The position numbers and the translations under genes were made by a program. The notes under the pieces were generated by a model. The model searched no databases. It was not told the DNA's origin and worked only from the letters and a program-made list of their open reading frames with translations. Positions 1-12,900 of a stretch of 64,000 nt of DNA are shown piece by piece; position 1 is the stretch's first letter, and each line of letters begins with the position of its first letter. Source of the stretch: Leidyana gryllorum EB-2025a (Eukaryota > Protista > Apicomplexa); assembly GCA_048772705.1 (NCBI GenBank), contig JBLWGC010000121.1, positions 229,020 to 293,019 on the forward strand, in the 5' to 3' direction.

Positions 1-2702
1 AGCATATCGCAATGAATTCAAGAAGAGTCGCGAACCCATACTGTGGGCTAAGATATGCACTGTCCGAACACCTGCGAAATCAGTTTGAGTGGGTACGACG
101 GAGGGAGGGCTGGAACGGGGCATCGGACTGTGTGAGCCATTGATTGAGTTTATCGCCCACCTCTGTCGGCGAGGCTTTTCAGGAAGAAGACTAAGCCTTT
201 CTGACACAGATAATGGTGGGAGGCTCGGCGCGCCTGATAGTAGTGCCAGACTTTGACTCCGGCCGGCCACAGAAACATGAAGGGTTTGATGCGATTGGGG
301 AATCCTCCCAGGGCGATGAGTTGACCGAGTAGGAGTGGGGCCTCGTTCAGAGGGGTTTTGTAGCCGTGGATGAAGACCATTGCTTCCATATCGGTGTTGT
401 CGCCGCCGACTTCCCGCCATCCCGGGACAGCCATACTGAGTTGGAAGGGGTTCCGATTGGTGTTGTTGAGTCCATCAAAGTTTTGTGTCCATAAATAGTC
501 ATCGGTGTTGGCGGCTGCGGGGGGATTGGGGATACAAATAGAGCCGCGACGCCGCTCCATCAACTCAATGACCAAACTCGATACCATCCAGGATTTTTCC
601 CTGGCTGACTGTTCGTTGATAGAGCATTGGCGCCACGAACTCCTTCGTTCGGGCGCCTTGACCCATCCATGAGGGACCAACCCCCGCTGGGGGTCGAGAC
701 TGACTCGAAGTTCCTCGCTCCCATGAACTTCGGCATATGTGACTGGGATCTGACAAACAGTGTTTCCACACGACTCCACAACGGCAGACAGATACACACT
801 CACGTGATACGGCAGCATCCGATCGACAACCCAGTGAACCTTCTCATTACACAGTTGGACCGTTTGTTCAGTCGCCCGTCGGCCCTCTAGAGTGATCTTC
901 CGACTCCCAGATCGCACAAACTCTTTTGCGCTTCCACTCAAACCTCTTTTACGACTCGCACCACCTGTGAGCATCCGAGTGGCGATCGATAGTGACTCGT
1001 ACGCTTCTGTGACAAACTCTCTGCAAGCAGATTTACTGAGAAACTCTTTGATGCCACTTAGTGCGCACCTTTTGGAGTGTCGTTTGGTGTTTGGCTCTGC
1101 TTCGAGGTAAGAGAACGACGACATTCTATTGTTTAGTCCTAAGGCTGGGCGGACGCGGCTGTATGTGTGGCCCGGGGCCTTTGGGGAGGCCGTAGGAGAT
1201 GTTTGAGTGGGGAACTTCCAGTACACAAACTTGGGAAACTTGCGGAAGAACTTGCCGAAGATCGAACATTCGACGTCCAACAAACCTTTCAGGACAGCAG
1301 ATGAGGGTAAAGGGCATCGGAGGAGATTACCAAACTCGAAATTGCTCTCTTCGAGTCTCTCATCGTCGATTTCCATTGTCGTCTTGTTGTAGACCTGAGC
1401 CCGGGACGTCTTGGTGACAAACTCGAAACGAACCCAGCCGAAGCGCAGAGCCGTGAATCCACTCCCACACGCGTTCTGGCGCGACATGAAGGGAGCCACC
1501 GGACGGCCTGCGTGCATTGGGACGTGCGGCTGTGGTGGAAGTTAGTCAGCAGCTCACCGAATTCCCAGTTGCCGTTGAGGTATTCACCAAAGCGAGCGCC
1601 CCAACCCTCCTGCCATATTCCACAGCCGTGAGGGCGCAGGAGGTCGTCGACTTGTCCGACATAGACACAGCTGAAGGGACAGCAGGGCGCTATGGGCGCT
1701 GTGGATACTCCGGGCGGTAGATAGGCCTCGGTGGGGGCAAAGACAACATTGCGGCGGTGGACGAGGAATTGATAGAGGCGGTGTGCTCGTTTGCGGAACG
1801 TCCATTCACCTTTGCAGTTCCCAAATGGACACGCCCGAATGGTGACTAATCCGCGGCGGGCCTCCAGCAACTGCAAGTCCCATCTTATGGATGGATCATT
1901 GCGGCCAAGTCCTTTTCAGGCTCACTCACCCCTTTACAAATATGGGCGACCGTAACAGGTACCATCGCGCGAGCGGGGTGGCCAGAATTTCTATCGAGAG
2001 CGCGATGAGGGCGAGGATCAGCTGACCTCCCACCAACATGACGAGAGTTATTGGCAAAGCTTTGGAGGGCCACGTGGTTGGACACTCCTGAAATACCGCA
2101 GATCCCCCGTTCTGCCGCCGAGCGTACGTTATGAACTGTACACAACTGCTGGCCAGAACCACAAACATCGTACACCTCGAATACAACACAGATACTATGG
2201 CCACTCGAGCGGTCTGGGAACATAAGGTACAAACTAGAGAGGTAAACAGAAAGACCGCCAGCAACGTTATCGCCAACCACGGCGGCAATCGGAACAATGT
2301 CTCTTCTGGTGCCGACAGGAATAATATCCGACGCAACAACCGCATTGTCGGTGCTGCCGCCACCGCTGCCATCCCCTTTACACCCGACAGCTCACCCTCG
2401 TAAGCTGGCACTTCCACACACATGAACGTGTATAAGGCTAGCAGCAATAAGACAGCCAGTGTATAGTTCACCATCAACCGACCAGCACTCGCGCCCGCGT
2501 GAAACGAGCCGTGATACCATCTCACATACGCCCGATATGCCATACATCGCACTGACGTGTTCAGAAACGGACTCAAATCTTCAGAACCCGTCAGCTCAAT
2601 ACGCCCCGTTGTGAACAAAGGACTCGTTGACGGAAGCAATCGCGGTAAACATTCCCGTGGAGAGGCCTCCGCCAAGAAGTCCAGATCCACTTGAGGCTGC
2701 AT
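1..2702 (-). CDS. Multi-exon membrane protein with N-terminal TM helices, a MORN-like segment and a C-terminal DUF900-like alpha/beta hydrolase; runs off the window
   Basis: Hydrophobic helices in ORF 1926-2702; YVGQVD..PHGCGIWQ..GEYLNGNW (MORN-like); VFIHGY...FLWP in ORF 150-1517; nucleophile elbow VHILAHSMG readable at ~30-60. Joined by GTGAG..CAG introns. Confidence 0.7.
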
Positions 2703-2720
2703 GACAAAAACGCTACACGT

Positions 2721-4436
2721 TTAACGTAACCAACGGAATAACCATGGCAACAACGACCCCCCTGAACGACCTCCAGAGGAACTGGCGCTGCAACGGAACA
2801 ACTGCCACTCATTGTGCAATGTTGCCAACCGAGCCTCCCAGTGTTTCACATGCCTAATTGGGATCAACAGACCACCCGTTCGGCACGACACAGCCAACGT
2901 CTGTGCACCAAACGCTGGACACCACAGAGAAGGCAAAACCGAGTGCTTCTCAACCGCGGATTTCCCAACCTCAATTGGATCCTCCCAACGGCCCCACGCT
3001 TCCACTACAGCTGACAAGTCCCGTTCAGACGCCATCAGCAACGCCAACGGAGGTTTTAGGTGTACCCACTCGATTGCCCTCATCGTCACTCCCATCAAAT
3101 CCAACTCCTGTACCGCCCCGGCCACCACACAAGAAGCCAGCCAGTACACCAAGAAACCCGGCGGAAAGGCGAACAGAATCTGAATGCGCAAAGTCGACAA
3201 CCAGCCAGCCGCTCAAACACACGCACACACACACCTGCACACACAGAGAGACACCAGAGCAGCACAGATTGTTATGCACCGGGAAGGCCAGCAAATGCGA
3301 ACGCGATTTCGACAGCATTCAATGTATTTAGACAGACCGATCAAATTGATCCAACAGGATATGCATATCGATTACATGCGATGTTTCCAACTTACATTCC
3401 AGATCTCCAGCACACGGCTGAAATCCGAGATAGTGTGAGCGAATAGAGTGACCATCCAGGGGAGCACGAAGTGCATTTCCGAGCCATCGCCACGCCACGT
3501 GTCGCTAGAGTATCCATGTCGTTCCCGCATGAGTTGATGCAGAGTGTGTGGGCTGAAGGTAGCCAACAAATCTGAAACCTGCTGCATCAGTTGGTGTACT
3601 GCTATTGAGAGGCGCAGATTGGAATGCAAGCCGTAGAGACGGTATGACAATATATCACAAATGAGTTTCACAATTGCATCATCATCTTGGGAATCGCCTG
3701 CCACTTCCATAACCACCAGTGCCACATCGTGTACTCCTTGGAGGTATCTGAGTTCCAGTCTGGTCATGTCGTGGGACGGCGTGAGGCTCTGATTGGCGAC
3801 ATCGTGAAGGTTGTTGTTGTCGTCATCTTCATCGACCTCATCATCGACTTGGCTGGCGTCAATGTCGTCACAGCGGGTTTCGGATCCTGCTTTTTCCCTG
3901 GCAACGTTATCCTCGTCTACGACGGTGTGATGGTCTTCTGTGCCATCATTTCTCCGCTTCTTGGGAGGGCGCGTTCCGAAGGGAACTTTGGCCAATATCT
4001 GACGCAGTCTTCTTCTCAAACGCGCTCTCTCGGCGTCAGATATATCAGAGTGGATATTGAAGAAGGTAGCGGATCGATCAATGTCCACCTGAGTTTGCCG
4101 TTCCAGTTCGGTTTGCGAGGGCGAGTCTGTATCTTCGTAAGCGTCTTCGGTGTCTACATTTTCAGCTTTCAGGGAGCTCAAGTAGGTACCTCCGGCGGCA
4201 TCACTGATGGTGGTTGCCCAAGCCGTGTGCACTTGCTGCCACCGTCCGAACAATAGGGTAGGACACTCTGGCTGTAAGTAGCCTAATCCCTGGGCAAGTA
4301 GGGCGGCTCTCTGGAGTCGGCAATGAGCACTGAAAAAGGAGCTAGGTGAAGACAGTGTAGTCCCCACGAAGTAACTATCCACAGCTCTCAGCATACATTC
4401 ACAGACCTCGGTCGCATCGCACTCGGCGAACTTCAT
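2721..4436 (-). CDS. TBC-domain Rab GTPase-activating protein, TBC1D20/Gyp8-like
   Basis: QVDIDRS (IxxDxxR-like) and LRYLQGVHDV (YxQG) motifs; FVLPWMVTLFAH. Splicing IWN|ILFAFPPG joins ORF 3372-4436 to ORF 2721-3200 in frame. Confidence 0.8.
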
Positions 4437-4451
4437 CGATGAAAAAGTTTT

Positions 4452-7400
4452 CTAATGGTGGTGTAGTAGTGGGGCCAGATCCTGCATCAGCTGGACGGCG
4501 GCGGTCAAGAAACACGAAATCGTCAGCAGACCCAACAGCAGTACCGTACTCTCTACATGATGTCGTCGTAGGAACCCCTTGGGGAAGACTCGAATACGGA
4601 TGTTCTCCACATTTCCTGTTTACCAAAGTGTGATCGTCTTGGACATGCAGCGTGAATGTTCATTACCAAATATGTCTTCGTCCTGTGCGTAAGCGTCTTC
4701 GGCTCCCCTGATGGGTTCGGGGGGTACCGCGTTGTCACTGAGAACGTCCTCGTCTTCCATCAGCTGTTGCTCTGATTTTCGGCTCGCCCAGGGGTCGAAT
4801 ACCATGCTGGCTGTCAGCACGCTCTCGTTGGGAGTGTGACAGACACTCAGATCTGCAATCGGGCTGGAGCCCGAGGGGGGTCCCCGGAACGTGAGAGGCG
4901 GAGGAGCTAAGAGGTCTTCACAGCTTCTCCCCGTAAAGTGAGCGTTGCCTCCGGCTGAAGTGAATGGAGGTAGTTGACGGAACAGGGGAGGTGGTTGAGA
5001 GATGTTAGCAGTGAGATTAGGGGGGGCGGTCCCACCGGGCCGCGGTTGCCAAGAGAGCATTCCTTTCTGTGACATAGATCGACTTGATCGACCGAAATCA
5101 CGAGCTGTAAAGACGAATTCGGACGAATCCTCGTCGTCCCGCGACGAATTCACCGACGATCCTGGAGCTTGGGACAGCTTTATGGCTGGTCGCCACACAG
5201 TGTCTTCGGCGGAGTCGGTCTCTGAAGAGGACGCGGACCCATGACACACATTGGCTACCTACACGCAAACACACAAAGTGAAGCCCTTCGGAAGCAACTC
5301 GAGACATACCGTAACTGAAGTGTAGACATGTGCGGGTACCTGAAGGCTTCGGACGCGAGCTTCTGATCGTGCGAACAAATGTCTCTTTGTGCGGGGCGAG
5401 TCGAGATCGCCGAAACCTTGGCCTCCGTCGAACATCGACTTGGTTTTGAGCGCCACTCTGGATACATTGGATCTAGTGTGTGTGAAGGCTGGCCGCGCGA
5501 GTTCGGGGTGCAGGTGGTAACGCCACGCCTGGGGAGCGAAAGGGAGAGTCTGGACTCGGGCGGGTGTGTTAGTTGGACGTTTCGACAGCAACAGTTGTCG
5601 TCGACGTGTGTGGATGGTGTCCCAGTAGTGCAGGCGCCTGAGCTTGACGACCAGAGCGTTCGCCTGGTGGGGTGGAGTTCTCCGTTTCACACCAGCGTAG
5701 ATACGCTGATGTTCCGGATTAGTGCGGTATGGCTGACCCGCGGCGTCGATTCGGGACGCGGGAGTGATTCCAATGCTTGAACGATTCATAGGTGTCTGCA
5801 TCTGAACGGGCGACACAGAGTGTGTGCTTTCGTTTCCCGGGAGAGACCAGCGCATCAGGGTGTTTAAAGGCAGCGGCGAAAGGCCCCCAGGCATCAGTCC
5901 CAGACTCTGGGACAGAGGATGGACGTCTCCGACTGGTTTCCCCCCCAAATTATGGGTGAATGGTGGAAGTATTGGTCTCGCTCCACTGGTCATTCTCCGT
6001 CTGGCACTCTTGGGACGTAAAGGGTTGCCCGGCATCATGACAGCAGGTTTCTGCATATCCTGCTGATAGCTCTCCGTACTGACAGACGAAGCCTTTCCCG
6101 GTCGGAACGTCATCGGAGCGACTTCAAAATCGCGAGAATACGGATCAGTTGTGGGGTACTCGTCAGCGCCTATTGACTGCTGACACAATTCGCTCAGGAG
6201 GTCCGGGCTGCCCGCCCACTGTGAGATATACCACCCGAAGTCATGCAGGAAGATTCGAATTGCTGAGAGAGACGCGCCGCGCGTGTCAAAGAGAGCACAC
6301 TGTGCGTCACTTACGAGACATAATTCTCTCCACAGCGTTCGGATTGCGCTGTGAAGGCCTCGACAAACTGCACGCTACCAGAAAGATCAAACACGGAGCC
6401 AGAAAGTTGACAGTAAGAGAGAAAACTAAGGCCGACCTGCGGTTAAGCGCAAACGAATGAGTGGAACAAGTTGGGAATGGTCGCAAGCGGCGAGGAAGAG
6501 GCTGAGGGAGAGGGAGAGAGCTGTTCCAGTCCAATGGCTCACCAAGTTAGAACGATAGAGAAGCGTCCGTTATCGCTCATCAGCCAAGCCACTATGAAAG
6601 GGCAAACAGAGCCCCAGAATATTGCTCGTCTCCGAGGTGCCAAGCCGCAGTTGATGAGGTTGTAGCGAGTGGTAATGCAGTAGACAAGGATCCCTGTTCG
6701 AGAAAGAGTAGAGGAGAGGAGAGTCATCCACAAAGAGCCGCAGTCGCTCGCTCGCTCACCTGGGGCCACAGTGATCAGATCGAATGCATAGACGAGACAG
6801 CTAGCCAGCAAAGAGTTGTTTTCTTGGAGGACGGCTTGCAGTATGTTGTCGCTGTGGGCGAGTGGATACGCAAATGCCATCACAAAGCCGAATCCGTGGT
6901 ACACACAGAAGGCGAACAAAGACGCTATCTTGATTGCCAGGCCTGTCTGACGAGTACGTTCATTGCCTCAGAGTGCCCTGCCGGGTTGTTACTTACCAAC
7001 ATCCACATCGTATGTCATCTCATTCGCCCAACTGGGTACCGTATTCACATAAGAGTAAGACGCCAAGAAAGTACTCATCAATTCCCCATATCTTCCGTTA
7101 CCAAACACAGCCGGCGCAACCGGAGATCCCAGACCTCCCAACATCCGCCGGCTGCTCGACGCCGACCGCCGAAGAATACTCCCTCGCGCTGGCCGATGCA
7201 GCAAACTCAAACACAACCAACCCATCAGAATCCCACTCTCGATGGTAACAGAAGCAGACGGAAAAAAGAGGGATTCCTGAATCTTCCAGCAAGCGACCAA
7301 AGCCAACCCCCCCAATGTCATGAGTAGGAATGCAAACGACACATATTGTACTTTCATGTTCTCCTCCATCGTTTGCAGTGAAAGGGGTATACAGACTGCG

Positions 7401-8459
7401 GCCGTCAGAATATAGCCTAGTGAGATGAAGAATGTCAGTCGCCCATCAGCAGAAGAGTAAGTATTGTCGATGTCGTCATTGTTTGTGAAAATTAGTGGGA
7501 TCGGAACTGGATATAACTGAAATACAGCCGTTCCCCCAAGCGTTTTGATCAGCAAATGATCGGCCGCCTGAGCCACCACGATGATTGACATTATATTTTG
7601 CGCCTGACATACATACAGATCTATTTACTCCATTACAAACCCTACCAGCGTGGTAGCATAGAAGCAGACTTGTACAATATTGTGTAGTCTGTCTTGCAGG
7701 AAACACCGCATCACAGCCATGTACTCCAAACGCTTTTCGAAATTGCGGTTCCCGCGAACCATGGTCATGCATCGGAGCATCATCAAAGTCCCGAGTGTTG
7801 CTGCCAAGCACACGAATGCATTCGCGCACAACGATGGAAGCCATCCGCACGCAGCAAAAACATTCGGAATCGCTATAACGCCTGCAGCACGGCTTGACCA
7901 ACTGTGCAACAAGAACAGCAAGCGAGTCAGCCAGGCAGCGCACACGCGTGTGTGTGTGTACCGTCCACCGCGTCATCGCCACAACTTGAATCTAAAGTGC
8001 GTGCTCACCCGTTCCGAAGATCTGATTGACCAAGTAGACGAAGGAAGCCTTTTGGCCAATTGTTTTCACGCCAAAGTCATTCATGATTGCGTTGCCTTTG
8101 GTCCAAGTCCTGGAGGTTCTTCCTCCGGCAGCAGCAGTATTAGCCGGATGCGGTTGATACCAATTGGTGCCGGAGCTACTACGACCCGCCCTGAACCATT
8201 GGGAGAGTGTAGGTACGGGATTGAGCTTGATGTTGATGCCATCTTCATCGTCAGTAGGGTAGGAAGCCGGAATAAGAGGCTCTATGAGGGATTCGTTTTG
8301 GCGGAAGACGATTCTGTGTGGCTTGGAGGGCGGCGTATCGTCCGACAGAGTTCTTGAGGACAATGCGGGACTATTACGTCCCCCATGTAGGGGGTCTAAG
8401 GTGGTTGCACGGGTAAATGGCGTTGGTTCACTTTTCTCTACTAATGGCCCCCCAAACAT
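4452..8459 (-). CDS. AAAP/Aa_trans family amino-acid transporter with a large disordered insertion before the last TM helix
   Basis: KTIG..SFVYLVNQIFGTG|VIAIPNVFAACGW (TM1-2) and many TM exons. GT-AG splicing links in frame through ORFs 5259-6188 and 4620-5249 to a final exon IRVFPKGFLRRHHVESTVLLLGLLTISCFLTAAVQL..* ending at 4452. Start codon uncertain. Confidence 0.8.
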
Positions 8460-8485
8460 ATCGGAGCCAACGTCATAAAAAAGTT

Positions 8486-9838
8486 CTACTCAGCAGGATC
8501 GGATCTTGCGGTGGGGTAGTAGGGGTGTATGCTGTCGGAGTTGGTATATTTGTCCCAGACTTGACAATCGTCTGCTTCGAGGGCGGCTCGATAGCTGATG
8601 AGTTCAATCCCAGCAGGTATGGTTGGTTTCGACCATTTGGCGAACATGCGCTCCTTTAGACTGTCATTCCAGAGCTTCAGGGTGTCCAGGATGCTCTCCT
8701 CGTAACTATGGAGGGTTCCCCTCACTGAGCTTTGGGCCGGAGACGCTATGGGGCCATACATCTTGACGGGCTCATTGCAGTCGTCGAATTCTTTGGCGAG
8801 GAGTTCTCCAACATCGGGAACTTGACGGGTCGCGGCATTGGCGCGGTACATCAGGAGATCGCACCAATGTCGTCTCACTAAGAGTCTCATCTTTGACACT
8901 TTGGTTAACTGTCTGACGAGCGCTGCGCGGTCCAGCTGCTTGGCTGCCCGTTTGGCATCACCAGTCAAGATGGCTCCGACTTTTTCGACAATGGCCTGTT
9001 GCACCTCGCGACTGCGACAGACTTTCCTGTATTGTCTGGCCTGATCGATCAAGGCTGCGGTTTGGTTTCTGACCGCATCGTGCAAAGTCTCATTCTCGAC
9101 CTGATTGATTTTGTCCAGATCGAACAGCGGATAAATGAACGATCTCGATGCCGGAATTCCGCTGATGCTATAGTGCCGAGCTCCTACGGGCAGAACGTCG
9201 AGTGTTTCTGGAAGACTCCCCAGTCCGCGTCCGAGAAAGGGAGTGACCGCCACTGCCGCTCCTTGCGGAGGAGATCTTGCTGCTGCTGCTGCGGCCGCTG
9301 CTGCTGCTTGGGCCGCAACCGGGGAACGTCTCTGCGTTCGAACTGCTGTTTCCGATGGATACTGATCCGATGTCTGCTCGTCTTCGTCCACCTCCTGAGT
9401 ATTGGCAGATTCCTGTGCTGTTTGCATCCTGCTGGTAGCTTGTTGCATGTACTGCCTCCGGGCATTGGCAAGTGCTTGTTCTCTCTGCCTCATATACTCG
9501 AATCTGAGTCTGGCTCTGACAGCTTCGTCGTCTCGTTCATCGGGGCTATTGTTAATTATTTCACGTTTATTGGCCGTCTCGGCTGGCTTCTCCGGTGCCT
9601 TCTCTGGGGCCCGTTCTTCCTGGAAGAGGCTTTCTGTATACTTATAGACTTGCGTAAAAAAGGTGTCCACATCCTCGGGTTTTGACTGAAGGCTGAAGGT
9701 CCCCGCCACGGGAGCATTCACGTAATTCTTCGCTATCTGATGCAACCCCGAGATCCTGCACTTGCGCTTCGTGATTTTCGGGAGCGTGTGACTTGAAAAT
9801 GAAGCAGATCGGCCAGGCGCGCCCCAAGGCGCCGCCAT
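8486..9838 (-). CDS. Hypothetical protein with coiled-coil/helical character and a poly-Ala tract
   Basis: Long intronless ORF; first ATG at 9838; no family recognised. Confidence 0.55.
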   Translation of the reverse strand: MAAPWGAPGRSASFSSHTLPKITKRKCRISGLHQIAKNYVNAPVAGTFSLQSKPEDVDTFFTQVYKYTESLFQEERAPEKAPEKPAETANKREIINNSPDERDDEAVRARLRFEYMRQREQALANARRQYMQQATSRMQTAQESANTQEVDEDEQTSDQYPSETAVRTQRRSPVAAQAAAAAAAAAARSPPQGAAVAVTPFLGRGLGSLPETLDVLPVGARHYSISGIPASRSFIYPLFDLDKINQVENETLHDAVRNQTAALIDQARQYRKVCRSREVQQAIVEKVGAILTGDAKRAAKQLDRAALVRQLTKVSKMRLLVRRHWCDLLMYRANAATRQVPDVGELLAKEFDDCNEPVKMYGPIASPAQSSVRGTLHSYEESILDTLKLWNDSLKERMFAKWSKPTIPAGIELISYRAALEADDCQVWDKYTNSDSIHPYYPTARSDPAE

Positions 9839-9965
9839 CGGCGTCCGCGCAGTTGCTAACGCCGCAAGCGGTATGGTAGCATTACTGAAGCACTCTTTCG
9901 ACTTGGAATGGACGTGCCGACCCACCCTCATCGCCTTGAGCTCACAAAAAACTTATTGCAACTTG

Positions 9966-12900
9966 ATGATTTTTGGTTTGCTGCTGATCACCGGCAGCCT
10001 GGGGGTTGTGTGGGGACTCCCACTATCCTTCTCCTTGGAGCACAATTTCCCTACAGCTCGTCTTTCGGAGGTATATCAGGCCGTCAAAGCCTATGACGAA
10101 CACCAAACACTCCAAAATTGGCTAAATGATCCCGTTGATCACATCCCAAATGTCACCACCCTACGTGGTGCCGCTTATTCTTCACTATTGGAGAATAAAT
10201 GGTTCGCCGGCTCAGTAGCTTTCCAAAGCCAAGTTGCACTACACGAAGCAAATCTCATCAATATTTCCAATACCACCACCACTCTCCTCTATGACTGGAC
10301 TGCCAATACGCTATCAGTCGATGGTCGTCCACCATCGCCCATCAACTCAGAAGCGAATCTCACACACAAAATACAACAACTACACAACTCCACCGCCTAT
10401 CACACACTACGCCGTAGCGGCAGACAACATACCCTCGTAATCCGTCTGTGTCTACATACTCGAGATGACGTCCGTCAACTCATGTCGCATTTCAACAACG
10501 CTCACTCGACAACAACAGTCAGATTCATCCTCAATTGCGATCAACCAGCGCCAACAACGATCGATCCGGATCACAAACTCCTCGGATCATATGTCGCCAG
10601 CCTCACTCTCAAAGATCCCGAGTATCGCACCAGTAAGCCAAAACCCAATACAGCGAATCTGTCAGATCCCACTCAATAGTCAACGAGGCCGTCGCTTCAG
10701 AAAGCGAGTCGGGCTCCATGCCCGACGCACGCGCTGCCGCCGAGGGAGAGCTTGACGAATCTTCAATCGTTAACAATGCTAAGACTCTCCACGAAGACTT
10801 GACTCTTTTGCAACTCATCAAAGATCCCAACCATCTGGGCCAATTGGGAATCTCCACCCTGTGGTATATATATACCCAGCTCAAATATATCCAAACCGCT
10901 TCTGAGCCTCTGAGCTCCCAACCCGTCAACGACACCACAGGAATCACAGCTGAAGGCGTTATAGCAATACCGTCGTGTTTGCGCCACCTGCGAGATGATC
11001 ATTCCATAAACGTCGAGACTTCAAGCCTCTCCGAACTCAAGCTAGAATGCCTCTCTGACATTCTGACCAATCTCCCGACCCATCTGCCGAAGATCGCCGC
11101 ACGTAGAGGAGCGGCCAAGGACACACTCCGGAGAATAACACGGGCCAGCAGAATCATTCGCAACACTGTGGGCGGTCGTTGGAATGCCATCATGGTCAAC
11201 GATCAAGTCAAGACATTTGCGTCATCAAGTGCTCACAACTCCAAAGCTATGCATCTCGGCTACATAACGGATGCGATAGAACGACTGCTCCTCCCTGCCG
11301 CAGATGTCCTTGACTTGTTCACAAAGTAAGCAGCCCACCGAGCCATTTTTCCCACATCTTCAAATAGATCAGGCCTCACTTCTGAACATATGGATGTGAT
11401 AGTATCCGGTCGTTCTTTCAATGTCAGCCACGAGCTATTGCCCGACCTCAGCAGAACGCCAATTGGCCGGCTGGTCAAGAACAGTCAACGGCCCCTACGC
11501 GTAGGCAGTAAACGTGTTCGGTGAGAGACACACACATTGTGATTGTATACTTTCCTCGCCCACCAGGTGGGACTATCGACGGCAACCGATCCATTGCACG
11601 TTGCAGAGTCCCCGAGACCTCCCAGCCGTGGACGCTTGGGACGACTCGGAATTCATTCAAAGCTTACAGGACATACTGATGGGTTATCAAAAGGTTGTGC
11701 CTCTGGGCTTCAGACTGAACACGATCTACATAAATCTGCCACCATCACCAGAGGTTAGTGATTTCAGGCTTATAACCGCCCTTTTCCAATTCAATGACAT
11801 GGGCACTGAGCTTCGACTACTTCCCTGGGCGGAATGCGAACGAGATACCGTGCTGTGCCGTATCCTGTTCGGTCAGAGGGCAAAGGAAAGCAAGCAGAAA
11901 GCGACTCAACGCCGTTCCCACCTCAAAAATCTGATAGAGAAGCTGGCTTCTCTAGAGCCAAGCCACCTCCAATCGCTGAAAGACAAAGATGTTTCAGCCA
12001 TGTGGACTGAAATCGGTGGCGACAAGGCGATGATCAACGCCCATATGCCATCTATCAATCTTGAAATGCACTCTGCCTTGCCGCCTCGGAGTGTAGTTAT
12101 CAACGGACACATACTCGAGACCGCAGGAAGCAGTGTCGAACGACTTCGAGCCACAATTCAGGTTTTGCTTCAAGAAGCGCTACAGGAGTTGGGATTACTG
12201 CTCCTGAGTCAACTACACCGTCATGCTTTGCCCAACATACCTTCACATTACACGCGAGACCACGGCAATGTCGAAGCCGCTTTCACCCGTCAAAGTGATA
12301 TCAGAAGATTCCTCATCAAAGCAACGGAGGAAAAGCAATTGTTGTGGGTAACACCGCGAGAGCGCTCCATCTACCAGTGGGTGGGCGGTCAGAACGACAT
12401 GATCGAATGGCCGGGCGATACAGAGCTCTTCCCGACCATAGACGATTTCCACCTGCACTACAGCTCCAGTAGTGTCGCTCCTGAGCCTTTGTTCGCGTGG
12501 GACCATATCGAGCGCATGGAGGATGCAGACTCTGACATGCCGTCTGAACCAGTCGACTTTCAGTTGGTGGAAGCTGCCACCTTAGGTGCTGCACCGGTGG
12601 TCACAACCTTCCCCGCCGCCGGAGCCGGCGCTGCGGAGTCCGGATCGGCATTGTCACATCATGTAGTGATTGCTGTGCCCCGAGAGACTGCCGACGAAGG
12701 CGACATCGAACAGCTTGTCGCAATGTTGAAAAGAGGAGCGCAAGAGCACAGTCTGGGTGTGATTATCAAAGTCGTGCGTCTGGATGCTGATGGATGGATT
12801 GTTGACGGAGTAAGTGGCAAACGGAGTTATCGAACCCCGTGGAATGTCAAGGGGACTGTTTGGGTGGACGGTTTGGTTGCGAGTAATTTGACATGGCCGG

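Noticed and set aside
4620-6188. Two independent hypothetical genes (ORFs 4620-5249 and 5259-6188)
   Set aside because: Both begin with non-ATG codons and splice in frame into the upstream transporter.
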